Assembly: GCA_951406725.2 (NCBI GenBank)
Contig: OX597835.1
Location: forward strand, 46,376,001 to 46,440,000
Length of the DNA: 64,000 bases
Direction of reading: 5' to 3'
Source: Octopus vulgaris
Taxonomy: Eukaryota
Each line of letters begins with the position of its first letter. The stretch's first letter is position 1. Below the pieces are notes generated by a model. That model ran no database searches. It was not told where the DNA came from and was given only the letters and a program-made list of their open reading frames with translations. Below, in pieces: positions 39,887 through 52,982 of this stretch. Position numbers and translations under genes: made by a program.

Positions 39887-40146
39887 CAATGCAATGATTG
39901 CAGCAATTAAAATGCAGCGCTATCATCGGCACTGCATTTAAATTGATGTAATGATTGCATTGTTCAATTAAATGGAGCCGCTTGAAACGGTCGTACTGCA
40001 TTACTACTTGATATCCTGTTGCTTATTTTGATTTTATTCACCTCACTTCGAGCTGCGCGGATAATACCGAACTGACCTGGTGCTTACACTTTAAGTACCT
40101 AATTCATCTAAATCTTAATTATTTCTTAAATCGTCAACCCCAAACC
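39885..40146 (+). mobile_element. pLTR (family of 61430/61865) with 5' inversion splitting the HHR, in (TA)n
   Basis: Inverted arm 39885-39930 (reverse complement contains GCCGATGATAGC), then forward CTGCATTTAAATTGATGTAATGATTGCATTG...GAAACGGTCGTACTGCA. Confidence 0.75.
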
Positions 40147-40229
40147 TATATATATGTATGTATGTATGTATGTATTCCGATATGAATTAGAAGTAGTACT
40201 ATTACTGTAAGCATTATCAACTCATATAT

Positions 40230-40712
40230 TGAATGCATGTGCCTTACTTGTTCACCTGTAGGCTGCTATAGCGCGATTGAGATGACTCAGTGTCTGTGGC
40301 TTATCAACAACACGTTCCTAAAGCGAAATGGAGGCGATCTAAATCGCAAGTCCACGACTATGTGCAAATAGTGTAAGAAAACCCCACTCGCTGGTATGCC
40401 CGGACGATATTACATAAGGATAATTTCAAATATGAATTAGATGTGGCGCTAATGTTGTAAGTATTATCGAACAGGAATACGCAACGCATGAGCTTTACCT
40501 GTTGGTCGAATGGCTGGATACGGCGTGATGGAGATGACTCTATCAAAGCGTGAGCTTTTAAAATTCTGAAATTCAATGACAGATAAGACAACTCACTGCA
40601 GATCCCATTCAGGGGATTAGTGGACATTGATGTTTCACCATTTTTGTGGCTGATCAAGTGAATCGAATTGGAGGCGAACTAAATCGCTAGTCCGTAACTA
40701 AATACAAATATC
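40230..40712 (-). mobile_element. Old degenerate tandem repeat (period up to ~340 nt) with minus-strand HHR relic
   Basis: GGAGGCGA.CTAAATCGC.AGTCC at 40330 and 40670; GAGATGACTC twice; minus strand UUGAUCA-GCCA...UGGU-GAAA-CAUCAAUG-UC at 40623-40657. Confidence 0.55.
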
Positions 40713-41797
40713 ACCCGGCCTTTCGATCGACTCATCGCCAACGTCTCAATTCGCAGCCGAATGGTGAACAAGAAAAGCACTCACACCGAGTATGTGCGTT
40801 CGGTAATGCTTACTATACTAGCGTTGCTTCCAATTCACATTTGAATTTATCCTTACGCGTGCGCTCGCGCGTGTGCGTGTGCGTGTGTGTGCGTGTGTGT
40901 GTTCGTGTGTGTTTGTGTCTTTGTTCTCCCCCAGCGCTTGACAAGTGGTGCTGGTGTGTTTAGTTCCCTGTTAAGCAGCGGTTCGACAAAAGAGGCCGAT
41001 AGAATAAATACCAAACTTCGAAAAATTATGCACTTGGATCGAATTATTATTATATGCATATCAAGCGAATTCACGCTACGAATTAGCAAGCCAGAATTAT
41101 GCAAATTAGACGGTCATTCATAATTTCAGCACTGAAGGCACGGATGGAGAGAAATCACTGCTGTTAGGTAATCCTGGATAATCCACCCAATTCCAAGAAT
41201 ATCCAAATCTATTCAACTCCGAATGAAATATTGAGTGAGTCGTAAAAGCATAAAAACAGACGACTACCTTTTCTCACATTTATACAATTGATTCACTGGG
41301 AGTTTGTTTTTCGGCGTACGTATTCTACATTTAGTTCGATTAATACGTTACACAGCACTCAACTCACCTGGCAACAAGGTAAGCAAGTAAACGTTAGTCT
41401 GTTGATTAATCAGCAGATCATCAGCAAGTGAAATTTCTAATCAGATTACCAATATTTAAGAAGTTTAAGGTGGATATGTCTCCAAGGCGTCAATCAATCA
41501 AAAGAAGTAGATGGAGTAATAAGGCTTCTAAATATAAAGATAAAAGCATTAAGATGCTACAGATGTCATTAAACGAAGCAAATTCGTCGGCAAAGACCAG
41601 CAGAAGCAGAACTTATCAGCAGATGACGGGCGTCAAGCAAGATGTTTGACCCTTTCAGGACAAGTGGAAAATGGAAACGAAAGAAAGATATGGTGGGGGT
41701 GAAGGAAAAGAAATAATAGAACCAAGTAAAATAAATGAAATACTGGAGACAAAAAGCAAATATAGGAAAAAACAAAGAGAGAAATTAGAGAGGATAG

Positions 41798-42220
41798 ATC
41801 ATCAACATTGTTCGACCGTGGTCGAGACAATGGAATTTACCAAGCTACGCCAGACTTCACGGTCCATCATAGCATTACGGAGGTCCTGTTGCTGGATGCC
41901 TGTATCCCTGGAGATTACATCAGAGTAGGAGAGTGTGCGCCCTCTGGTATCGCGAGTAGATGGCTTCCAGAGGAGAAGAGTAGAAATTACTTTGTTTTCA
42001 GCTCTACAACAATGTCCAGCAAACTGGACCCTCCTACCTTTCACAAGAGATGACACAGGTGGTAGTTTCCCATATATTTGCATTTTGGTTGGATGACGCT
42101 TCCACGAGAGATTTTGAGCTCTCATAAGGAGGCGAGTGTAGGTTCCATCCAACCGCCTCTCAAGCTTCTTTGATAACGTCCAGGTTTCTGAGCCATATAG
42201 TAGAATTGGTTCGACTGTGG
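41798..42220 (-). mobile_element. RTE-type LINE 3' fragment, frame still open
   Basis: VEPILLYGSETWTL...RRVQFAGHCCR...AMMDREVWR then a TGATGAT tail; typical post-RT C-terminus. Confidence 0.88.
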
Positions 42221-42571
42221 ATAGATAGAGGATGGATAGAGAAGTGGAGCATACGATGAATGGGAAAATGATCGTCATAAATGAACAAACAACCAAATGA
42301 AGGAGTGACCGAAAATAATGAAATTTGCACGTGTAATAATCCATGCTCATTTAAAGGCCTGTCTGCAAATTAGAAGAGTTCATAAGACGATAACAAAGAA
42401 ATTATCATTTCTGAGATGAAAGAGGATGATGCAGTTATTATACAGATAATGCTAGAATTAAAATTAAAATTATATATCATATATAACAAAATATTATATA
42501 TATTTCTATGCAAGATATTATATATATTTTTAAGCAAAAAACACTTTTTTGTTATTCATTTTGAATCTGTT

Positions 42572-42800
42572 TATAGTAATCGCTCGACTATCGCGGTTGT
42601 TACGTTCCAAAAGCTTCTGCGATAGGTGAAAATCCGCGAAGTAGGAACAGTACTATTCTGTATATCTTTTTTTATTATTTTTATTATTTGTATATATATT
42701 TTTTTATTTTATTATAACTGCAAAACAACGCCACGGAGGAATCGACGTAAGCGCGTAATAAACCGCGATAGGTGAACCGCGATATGGGGAAGAATAAGTA
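42572..42800. mobile_element. Tc1/pogo-type MITE
   Basis: Degenerate termini TA-TAGTAATCGCTCGACTATCGCGG and CCGCGATATGGGGAAGAATAAG-TA; internal GCGATAGGTGAA repeats. Confidence 0.65.
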
Positions 42801-42819
42801 CACAAATTATTTTGGATCA

Positions 42820-42905
42820 GTTATGATTTATTAAGATTTATTATGATTTATTAAGATTTATCATGATTTATTAAGATTTATTAAGATTTATTGTGATTTA
42901 TTATG
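42820..42905. repeat. 10/20-bp minisatellite (TTATGATTTATTAAGATTTA)n
   Basis: Read directly. Confidence 0.9.
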
Positions 42906-43742
42906 AAGTTACTGAGAGAAATGATAGTAAGTGAGAGTTAATGGGAATAACATCATGAACGATGTATTTCCGGTTAGAGATGAGTGACAGATACTCCAGA
43001 GGGCAGTGAACGTATATTTTCATTCAAATATATATTTACTAGACATCTGTGAATGGGAATATACGGGGGTCATATGTCAAGAGGTTACGCTCAGTTCTAT
43101 TTGTTCCTTTCATTGTTATGAAGGATCTCGTTGCATCGTGTTTAGCAAGTTCGAATGCACTCGGACATGGAAAGACAATACGCTGCATAAATAGTCTCGA
43201 GGGAAGGAATACTCCTTAGAGACAATATCGACATAAACACAGCAGTTGGCAGCGAATGACGTCACGGGAGAGTAAAGCGCGTGTATTTCTTCGTCGTGAC
43301 CATCAATAGTCGATCGCTTTGGAATTGGAACAGCGAATGGCAAATGCGTGAAAAAGATTGGACTATCGATATGTGTATTTGTGAGTATACATATATCCAT
43401 TTGTATATGTATGCGTACGTATATACGTATATGCGTGTATGTGTGTGTGTGTGTATGAGTCTGTGTCTGTGCATGTGTGTCTATATGTATATGTATATGT
43501 TTATATAATATATGAACACACTGTGACAAAAGCGAATAGACAACCCTCGTTGTATATCAACGTGAGTGTGTGTGTGTGTGTGTGTGTGTCTGTGTGTGTG
43601 TGTGTATGTGTGTGTGTGTGTAGCTTTATTTACAAGTATCTCTAGCTAGTTTTTGTCCAAATCCTGACTGCCTTTTTTTAATTATATATTTATACATACA
43701 TACATACATACATACATACATGCATATATACATACACACACA

Positions 43743-43802
<60 letters not shown>

Positions 43803-44086
43803 ACCGGCTTCTTTTCAGTTTCCTTCTTCCAGCTTCATTTCTTTGTTAGCCAGGAGCCATAGTAGAAGACACTTGCCCGAGGTCCTGCGCGGTGGGATAG
43901 AGCCTGGAACCATGTTGTTGGGAAGCAAGCTTCTTACTTTACGCAACTCACGCAAACATAAGCATAAACAAATGACCCGTTACACACACACACACACACA
44001 TAACATAAATGTGTATACATATAATGTTTAGACGCACAGAAATGTACAAACGTTCACATACACATACACATACACACTCACACACA

Positions 44087-44149
<63 letters not shown>

Positions 44150-44728
44150 ATATATACATACATACATATATATACTACCGCAACTATTCCACCTATACTG
44201 ATGTGTATGTTCGTATGTGTATGTTTGTGCATGTTGTCCAAGAACATATCGATTAGACATATCTATCTATTTTCTACGCAATTCCAGACGTTTTCCAATA
44301 CTTCAACTACCACCGCCACCGCCACCGCCACCACCGCCACCATCTTCACCACTGCCAACGCCAACACTCCAAGGAATACTACCATCACTATCACAACTAC
44401 TACGACCACTATAATTCAATCGTCACAAACTGCCAACGGCAATTCAATTCCGTTTCCTATTACTATGTGTGTACAACTGTGTTTCTGCATGCATGGGTGT
44501 GTATATTCACGAGTGTGAGCGTGTCATTATCATCATCATCATCATCATCATCGTCGTCGTCTTCGTCATCGTCGTCGTCATCATCCCCATCATCATCATC
44601 ATCATTCGACGTCCATGTGTTCCAGGGCCAATCGGATTTTCGTTGAGGCTCATTGTTTACGGCTGAAAACCTTTCCTATCGCCAACATCCACTTGTTTCC
44701 AAGCATGATAATATTTTCCCATCAGCTT

Positions 44729-44940
44729 GGCGGCGAGCTGGCAGAAACGTTAGCATGCCGAACGCTATGCTTAGTGGTGTTTCGTCTGTCTTAATGTTCT
44801 GAGTTCAAATTCCGCCGAGGTCTACTTTGCCTTTTATCCTTTCGGGGTCGATAAATTAAGTACCAATTTCATACCGGGGTCGATCAAATAGACTGGCCCT
44901 CTCCCCCAAAATTTTGGGCCTTGTGCTTTGAGTAGAAAAG
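44729..44940 (+). mobile_element. SINE family A (second tail type) with ~19-bp TSD
   Basis: AATATTTTCC(C)ATC(A/G)GCTTG on both flanks; tail CCCCAAAATTTTGGGCCTTGTG..GAGTAGAAAAG. Confidence 0.9.
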
Positions 44941-45516
44941 AATATTTTCCATCGGCTTGCCATGTTTCAAACGGCAAACTAGAAAGCAACTACATCGCTT
45001 CTTTAGTGGTGGTGCTGTACCCTTACAACCATCTCTGGATGTCTAGACAAGGGTAGAACTTCTTTAGTTTCTCTCTTCTAAATCACTGACAAATCATTAG
45101 TACGTCCGGAAGTATAGTCGAAAATTTTTGCCCGAGGTGCCGCGCACTGGGACAGAACCAATGCCCACATGTTTGTGAATTAAGCTTCTCAATTATAGAT
45201 CCACGCACTTTGGCCGCCAGGTCGAGGGTTCATTTACAGGACGTGGCAGGGAGTTGTGTTCTTGGGTAAAACACTGCGTTTCACGTTGGTCTGGTGCTGT
45301 GAGGGGACCAGCTTGTTAAAGAATAGAGCCACCGTCTCCCACTCCATGTCTGCATGCTGTAAAAGACGACTACGAAAAGGTTTACTTGGGATTTGCACAC
45401 CGACTCTTGAAACACTCAACAAGAATGACTACCCAGCCAAACCGTCAGGGGTAAGGAATCACCAATAAATGCTGGATACAGCGAAGCACTGTTATAGCAC
45501 CTGGCCAAATACTACA

Positions 45517-45551
<35 letters not shown>

Positions 45552-46145
45552 TACTACTACTACTACTACTGCTACTGCTGCTGCTGCTGCTACTACTACT
45601 ACTACTACTATTAAGCAGGCAATTAAATTAGCACAACCCCATTACTTATGGTATTTACTGTGCAAAATCTTGGAGCGTAAAATCTCACAGGACGAATCTT
45701 GCTGTATTTGAGAACAAAACCATTCTATTCGCAAGTCAATGTAGCACGATGCTTTCGTCTGCCGTCTTCCTGATTCTTCTATCTACTCATACCCTCAGCT
45801 ATATATAGGAATTATTGGTTCAAAGAAGAATAAAGTAATTGGGTTAAAACATTATGTCTGATTTTTTTTTTACGTTGCCGATTGCTGAAAGTTCACCAAT
45901 CAATCAATCACTCAATATATCTATATAGATGTGTGTGTGAGATAATATGCGTGTGTCAGTGTGTGTGCGTTAATTCCTGTGTGTAGGTATGTACATATAT
46001 ATATATATATGTGTGTGTGTGTATGTGTGTGTGTGCGTGTGTGTGTGCGCGTGTGTGTGTGTGTATATATATAGACATATTTTTATATAATGTATATATA
46101 CATATATGTAGATATATGTAGATATATGTATGTATATGTATGCGA

Positions 46146-46182
<37 letters not shown>

Positions 46183-46257
46183 TATATACATATGAATACA
46201 TACAAATATATACATATATATATATATATGCATACATGTATATGCATACATACATAC

Positions 46258-46310
<53 letters not shown>

Positions 46311-46348
46311 GAGAGAGATATACATATGCATATATATGTAAGTATGTA

Positions 46349-46382
<34 letters not shown>

Positions 46383-46422
46383 TACATACTTACATATACA
46401 TGCATATGTATATCTATCTATA

Positions 46423-46469
<47 letters not shown>

Positions 46470-47003
46470 GCTCTGTCCTAAAGAAATAAAACTTATATTA
46501 AGAAATCTCTACGGCTGTAATGACGTAGATATGTGTGTATTTTGTTCAGTATACACGTACATATGTATGTATGTGTGTGCGTGCGTTTTTGCATGCGCGT
46601 ATGAATGTATGCATGTATATATGTATGTTCATACATTGCCTCTTTATGTCCGTATATGAATATCATGCAAATAGGTGATCAATATGGTGCATTCGAGGAA
46701 GTTCAATAACTCATCATGATCTTTCGGTATCCGATCAATATTTGTCACTACTTTTTCCACAGATTCTCTCTCTTTCTTCCTCTCTATCACCCCCTCCCTC
46801 ACTCTCCTTCCCTCTCTCTCTCTCTCCCTCTCTTCTCTCGTTGTGTATCTTTCTCTCTCTATCGTTTTGGCTTATTTTTCGTTGCCCTAATTTTCTCTGC
46901 TTTCACATGTGTCTTCATATATATACTCATACACACACACACGCACACACACATACTAGCAGACCCATATATATATTTATATATATATATACGCACACAT
47001 ACG

Positions 47004-47069
<66 letters not shown>

Positions 47070-47319
47070 TACATATATACATATATACATATATAAATAT
47101 ACATATATATCTATGTGTATGTGTGAGTATATATATATGTATATATACATATTTATATGTAAGCTTTACCAAGTTTATCAGCACTCAACCCTACACGCAT
47201 ACTAAAACCCTATGTTTTGCAATATTTCTTCCCCTTCAGTATATACACATTCATTCCTCTCCTTTTCACTTCCCCTGCCACGTTTACTCTTTCACTCAGC
47301 GCTGATTTATAATTTATAC

Positions 47320-47630
47320 ACATGTTTCCAAAGGTGAATTATTCAAACCCCAAAGAATCCCTCTCAACACATGGCTATGATGCTCCCCCACTACTTCTGC
47401 TCGTGATCAGAGATGCACATATCGTCAGCCACTAAGGGACATGCTCAACTGGTTAAGGTCAAACAACTGACAAGCAAATCTGTGGTATTGAGCAGAATAT
47501 TTGCTGTAGCCCATCTTTTATACCAAGACAAAACAATGTACATGATAACACTTCCAATCAGTTAAGATCAGAAGCCATGAGAGCCACTGCCTGGTACTGC
47601 ATCAGGGCATTATTATTATTATTATTATTA

Positions 47631-47681
<51 letters not shown>

Positions 47682-47703
47682 GTTGTTGTTGTTGTTGCTG
47701 TTG

Positions 47704-47735
<32 letters not shown>

Positions 47736-47746
47736 GGTGGAGGTGG

Positions 47747-47777
<31 letters not shown>

Positions 47778-47785
47778 ATCATTAT
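47320..47785 (+). repeat. Repeat family D plus (ATT)n/(GTT)n/(GGT)n tail
   Basis: Homologous to 19100-19362. Confidence 0.85.
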
Positions 47786-48676
47786 ATGAAAACTCGCTGA
47801 TTATTTTGCTGGCTATGATGGAAAATGTGACAGCAATGTGACATCAAAGTGACACTGGCGAACAAACATTCGAAGCCCAGTATACCCACCCTGACTACCC
47901 GTCTGATAAGGGTACACCAGGCACATGCATCAGAAACCATATGTGAAAAAAGTAGAAACATTGTCATCTTTGTTGAAGCGCAGAATTCCAACTTCTTATT
48001 ACTTAATCGACACTTTAGATTAACCTTATTATGTAAACATAACGACTTTAAAACATTAAAAACCTTTCAAACCTAAAGTATTCCCAAATATGGGGAAAGT
48101 AATAATATTCGTCAATAAAGAATTTGGCATACGAGAAACCAGTTTTGGAATCAACATTCACACTACCCTGCATTGTTTCAATATATTTAAGAAACTAGAC
48201 CGGGGTTTGTGATAAATAAGGATTTTGGATTCTTGTTCAATTCCCCCCCCCCCTCTTAGTACTTTGAAATATTTGTTTAACGTTACTTTAATTATTGGCC
48301 AATCTCATTTGTAATATTTAACTGCTGAATTCAGAACTTTCTATCAATTAACTAATTTATTTGGTTTCATTAAACTCAAATTACTGTAATCAGCTTTCTT
48401 ACAAATTGTTTATTAGTCCGTCTGATCGAACTGAATTTGTGATAGCTTACCTTAATAATCATCCCAGCTTCTACAGTGTTATATATCTATTCATTCTCAC
48501 TTGTTACCCGCAATTTATTGCTGCTTTCAAAATTGCCTTTGGGGGTGTTGCTGTTACGAAATCGTGTTTAGTTACAATGTTTGGCACATTGGGCAACTAA
48601 TCTAATCTTGGAACGACCGATACCTTGTGAGTGTGAATTTGGTAGGAGGGAACCGTCTGAAGCCTTCGTTTACATA

Positions 48677-48743
<67 letters not shown>

Positions 48744-48745
<2 letters not shown>

Positions 48746-49121
48746 TAAATGAAAGACAGAAGATTGAATATACGAGAATTTTTTTATTAATCACGACAAT
48801 CGTTACGACGCATCTAGTATTGATCCCTCACGGGTGGGACACTTAACAGGGGCATCCAGTGGTTCAGATGTGACCCGTTGGGTGATAAACAGACACAACT
48901 CGTTAAAATAACAGTTCCGCAAGGTATCTTCTCATTTCTTAGAAAGGAAAGCAGCAAAAAGAAGGAAATATCTTCATTTATATAGAAGACCAAAAATAAA
49001 ATTACAGATGCAAAAAAGGAACGGAAACGCAATACAGCGAGAAAAGTATTAAAAATAAACGTTAACAAATATGGATGAATAAACGCCCTCGTGCAAGCTG
49101 AATGGCGCGAATACACTCGCT

Positions 49122-49124
<3 letters not shown>
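48744..49124 (-). mobile_element. pLTR-like repeat (second copy of the 33563 family) flanked by (TG)n
   Basis: Aligns over ~380 bp; HHR stem I AUCAC/GUGAU is intact at 48790-48886, core decayed. Confidence 0.75.
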
Positions 49125-49173
<49 letters not shown>

Positions 49174-49547
49174 GTCGCATGTCTCAGTGGTTAAAGCGTC
49201 GGTTTCACAATCTTGTTATAGCGAGTTCGCTTCCCCGACCGGGTTGTGTATCGTGTTCTTCTTGTGCAAGGCACTTTATTCCACGTTGCTCCAGTTCACT
49301 CACCTGTGGAAATGAGTAGAAATGATGTATCGTCTTTTGCTTTTCCCTGTCAAAGAACGATTACATTTCGGTAATGGAATTTTTCCTTGCCAGGTCGTAC
49401 TATCCATATTTTATGATTGTATTATCTTAATTTCATGTGATATACCCACGGACAACGTTACCTGGTTATAACCAAAATACAGCATGCAAGAACAACATGC
49501 CTAAGACAACTCCGCATATCTAGTGGGACATCCCTTTTTTCATGCAT

Positions 49548-49647
49548 GTACCTGATGTGACACAAACTGCACAGATTGATGCAACAAATTAGATGCACAA
49601 TGTGCAACCCATAACAGTTGCAGCCTGGGTCGAAACGATCGTCGTAC
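49548..49647 (+). ncRNA. Type-I hammerhead-like motif, long stem II, A9U
   Basis: GUAC-CUGAUGU-GAC...GUC-GAAA-CGAUCG-UC^GUAC. Confidence 0.7.
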
Positions 49648-49880
49648 CGAATAAAGAAGACTCGTGCTAAATCTATCTTCTGTTTCCTTCATCAATTATT
49701 ATCATTTCAACTAACATTACGCAATTCCTGATGTAGATCCAGTGGAAATACATTCCAACCGTGGCTGACACCAGATAGCCCAAACTGTGAACGTGCTTTG
49801 CTCAACACATTAATTTACATATACTCATTTGTCCAAAGAATTACACATATATATGAGTATGTGTGTGTGCGTGTACATGC

Positions 49881-49915
<35 letters not shown>

Positions 49916-50019
49916 TCACACGTATATCTATATGGGTGTGTGTATATATATACATACTTACGTACATACACACACATATATATGTATGTATGTATGTATG
50001 ATTGTATATATATATATAT

Positions 50020-50053
<34 letters not shown>

Positions 50054-50426
50054 TGAAAGAGAGAGAGATGTATATTCATGTTTATACATTTATCCATGTA
50101 TACATACATATGCAGTCATTGAACCAATAAAATAATTTGCGGCAGGGGATTAAAGAATTAAAGTTTTCCACCTAATGGCTTTTAATCGTCGTGCTCATTG
50201 AAAGAAACATGTAAACAAACGCGAGATCTTTTAAATGGTATCCCTGGGGGCACGGCATAACGATGGTCAAAATTACGGCGTAAATGAGCCTTAATGGCAA
50301 AAGCCAATAATATTTCGGTCGAATAGAAGAAAATTCTTTTGTTCATAGACGTGTATGTATATGTGTATTACATGTTACACACACACACACTCACAGATAT
50401 GCATGCGTTTGTGTATGTATATATAT

Positions 50427-50550
<124 letters not shown>

Positions 50551-50567
50551 CATATATATATATATAC

Positions 50568-50652
<85 letters not shown>

Positions 50653-50654
50653 CA

Positions 50655-51082
50655 TGCATGGCTGTGAGGTAAGAAGCTTGCTTCTTAACCACACGGTTTC
50701 GGGTTCAGTTGCACAACGTGACATCTTGGGCAAGTGTCTTGTATTATGGCTTCGGACCAACCAAAACCTTGTGAGTGGATGTGTTGGACGGAAACTGATA
50801 GAAGCCTGCCTCATATATCTATATATATCGTTATAAATTCATGTGTGTGTGTGTGTGTCTTTGTGCCTGTGTTTGTCCCCCACCCACACCCCATACCATC
50901 TCTTGACAACCGATGGTGATGGGTTTGCGTCCACGTAGCTTGGTAATTCGGCAGATGAGATCGATAGAAAAAGTACAAGGCTTACAAAGAATAAGTTCTG
51001 GGTCGAATTCTTCGACTAAAACCGTTTCAGGCGGTGCTCCAGTATGGCCACAATCAAATGACTGAAACAAGTAAAAGAATAA
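50655..51082 (+). mobile_element. SINE family B, older copy
   Basis: Head, CTTGGGCAAGTGTCTT, GGCGGTGCTCCAG tail. Confidence 0.85.
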
Positions 51083-51094
51083 AATAATAACAGA

Positions 51095-51135
<41 letters not shown>

Positions 51136-51475
51136 CTTGTGTATATACATATCTGCATTTGAATATCGATCGATTTCTGCCTCTCTTTCTCTCTCTTTCT
51201 CTCTCTTTCTCTTTCTATATCTATCTATCTTTCATATTGTTCATCTTTTCAATCGCGTGCAGCACTTATACCTTTCCCGTGTGTTAATTATTCCCTCGGC
51301 ATCGTTTACTGAACCGCTAATTTATGGTGACGTAAGCAAACCAATACTGGTTGTGAAGCGGCAGTGGACCTACTCAAACACAAAGACACAGAAGCGCGCA
51401 CAACCACACATATCTGTGCGTACATGCATACAAACAAACATACATGCATACATACGTACATACATTCACATACAT

Positions 51476-51508
<33 letters not shown>

Positions 51509-51578
51509 GATCAATAAATGGTGGGGTTGTGTTGACCGCACGTGGAGAAATGTATATATATATATATATGTATATATA

Positions 51579-51616
<38 letters not shown>

Positions 51617-51639
51617 GTGCACATATCTATATGCATATG

Positions 51640-51678
<39 letters not shown>

Positions 51679-51694
51679 ACATATGTAAAACACG

Positions 51695-51725
<31 letters not shown>

Positions 51726-51750
51726 ATATATATGTATACATATGTAAAAC

Positions 51751-51842
<92 letters not shown>

Positions 51843-52440
51843 ACAAGAGGAGTTGGTGTATTTACGTCCCCGTAATACCAGCGGTCCTTCAAACACGTCG
51901 ATAGAATAAGTACCAGAATAAAGGACTGGGGTTGATTTATTCGACTAAAATTCTTGAAGTCTAATGACTGATACAAGTAAAGCGAAATATAAAAGTGTGT
52001 GTGTATATATATATATATGTGCGTGTGTGTGTGTGTGTGTGTGTGTCTGTGTGTATGTGTGTGTATGTGCATGTATTCGCTGTTTCTAATTAATACATTT
52101 ACTTTTAATTACTTAATTTTTTTTTACTTTGCCTTAATCTGTTACCCATCTCTTTATTAATCATCCAGCGATCACTTCATATGTCTTCACCCTTCACTGA
52201 ACTTAAAATTTAAAAGCTCCCCCTTCATCATTACAATCAACCAATCCCCAAGAACCTCATAGTAACTGGCGGTTTTCAAACCTTCAACTGCATTTACTTC
52301 TCTGCCCTATGATACCTTTTCTGGGAACTTAATATAACGTCTTCCTATCCACACACAGTGCCTGCATCAACATTCCATTATTAGTGGAACCTGTTGTCCG
52401 TTAGCCTAACCCCACCGTTGGTTGTCTAATACTTCTAATA

Positions 52441-52982
52441 CTGGGTTTCTCAGTCCTTTTTTACCCCTGCACCCCTTTGATTCCTATTTTAATATGCTGG
52501 ACCCGTCTAGCTATTCGATGTTTAAAACCCCTATTATACTTTTATAGTTAGATATTATTAGTAATATTGTATAAAGGATCATGGGTAAGGCCAGAACAAT
52601 GCGAAGTAAATGCAAGAAAACAAATATTTGAATGACTGTATTTTGGGGTTATGAGCCCATTTTCAAGCAATTAACAAATTCGTTAATTTCTTGAAAATGG
52701 GCTGAAAACCTCGAAATACTAAATACAAGGTAAGTCCACAATAATTCATATATTTGTTTTCTTGTGATTTGCCTTGCATTTACTTCGCATTGTTCTGGCC
52801 TTACCCACGATCCTTTATACAATATATTCAACACAATCCTTCATAGCAATTATTCTATCATTAGTATGTGTATAAAAATAATTATTAAAACTGTGTGTAT
52901 CATGAAATTATGACCAATTTATTGGAGATAAATTCTTCTATGGACTCCTAATGGTCATACGGCCCCCGGTTTAGAACCGTTG
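52441..52982. mobile_element. hAT-type MITE with degenerate 8-bp TSD
   Basis: Termini CTGGGTTTCTCA and TTAGAACCGTTG; flanks TTCTAATA (52433-52440) and TCCCAATA (52983-52990). Confidence 0.6.
52564..52825. mobile_element. Foldback MITE nested in the hAT MITE
   Basis: ~52-bp near-perfect TIR ATATTGTATAAAGGATC.TGGGTAAGGCCAGAACAATGCGAAGTAAATGCAAG plus inner hairpin GCCCATTTTCAAG/CTTGAAAATGGGC. Confidence 0.85.

Noticed and set aside
41802-42350. 182-aa ORF as a host gene
   Set aside because: RTE-type LINE C-terminus joined by chance to unrelated upstream sequence
43116-43400. CpG-rich unique stretch with open minus frame and TGACGTCA at 43257
   Set aside because: No recognisable domain or splice support; a single 8-mer is expected by chance in 64 kb
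44009-44666. Poly-Pro/Thr/Ile ORFs
   Set aside because: Trinucleotide repeats (CCA/CCG/ATC)n
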